Below the pieces are notes generated by a model. The model was not told where the DNA came from. It was given only the letters and a program-made list of their open reading frames with translations, and made no database searches. A stretch of DNA of 63,987 nucleotides, filler included, from Dimargaris cristalligena (taxonomy: Eukaryota): NCBI GenBank assembly GCA_003614675.1. It is 3 parts of 3 records of this genome, joined end to end, with 100 filler letters (N's around TTAATTAATTAA, not from the genome) between each part and the next. Parts side by side here need not be neighbours in the genome. Positions count along the whole stretch, not along the records: positions 46,608 to 63,987 come from ML002805.1; 2 more parts are not named here. One strand, 5' to 3'. Made by a program: the position numbers and the translations under genes. Shown here in pieces: positions 63,765 to 63,987 of the stretch. Each line of letters starts with the position of its first letter. Position 1 is the first letter of the stretch.

Positions 63765-63987
63765 ACAGATGGAGAGGGAAAAGACAGGAGGTAGAATAAT
63801 GAAAAGACCCTGGAAAGAAAGCAGGCCCTTATGACAACTAACCCACTTAGCTGGATAGGTATTATTGTTTTTGTCAGTAAGGAGGGGGGCTACAGGACAA
63901 GGTCACTACCAAGGCAGAAAAATAATAGTAGTTGTAAAGAACTGAAATCAAATCCTTGAAAACTGAACTTTATTTGAAAAGATAGAT

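Overview
Eukaryotic, intron-containing (GT-AG, mostly GTAAGT donors) fungal-type genomic scaffold with two 100-bp assembly gaps. The gene content suggests an early-diverging fungus, possibly a Zoopagomycota/Dimargaris-like mycoparasite; this is inference only. About 21 protein genes and one tRNA-Thr(AGT) are supportable. Housekeeping genes: RAD14/XPA, ATP7, MRT4, CHS5, TAF3, an ACOT9-like thioesterase, a carnitine-carrier-like mitochondrial carrier, a GT25 glycosyltransferase and DAK. Accessory genes: the 3' end of an NRPS (T + E-like terminal domain), about 8 signal-peptide proteins and a degenerate P-loop protein. Highlights: (1) two distant paralogous secreted signal-peptide + F-box proteins with an identically placed intron, a candidate effector family hijacking host SCF ligases; (2) a TRIM-like LTR element whose primer-binding site matches nt 1-15 of the tRNA-Thr in this window, suggesting priming by a D-loop-cut 5' tRNA fragment, with a nested solo LTR; (3) a GPI-anchored CBA1-like (cobalamin acquisition) binding protein; (4) two animal-like architectures, TAF3 with a C-terminal PHD finger and a protein resembling the Nup358/RanBP2 N-terminal solenoid; (5) a 138-bp TA-flanked MITE family; (6) a secreted 13-aa Cys/Arg/Trp repeat protein. 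All homology calls come from motif recognition by eye; no searches were run.
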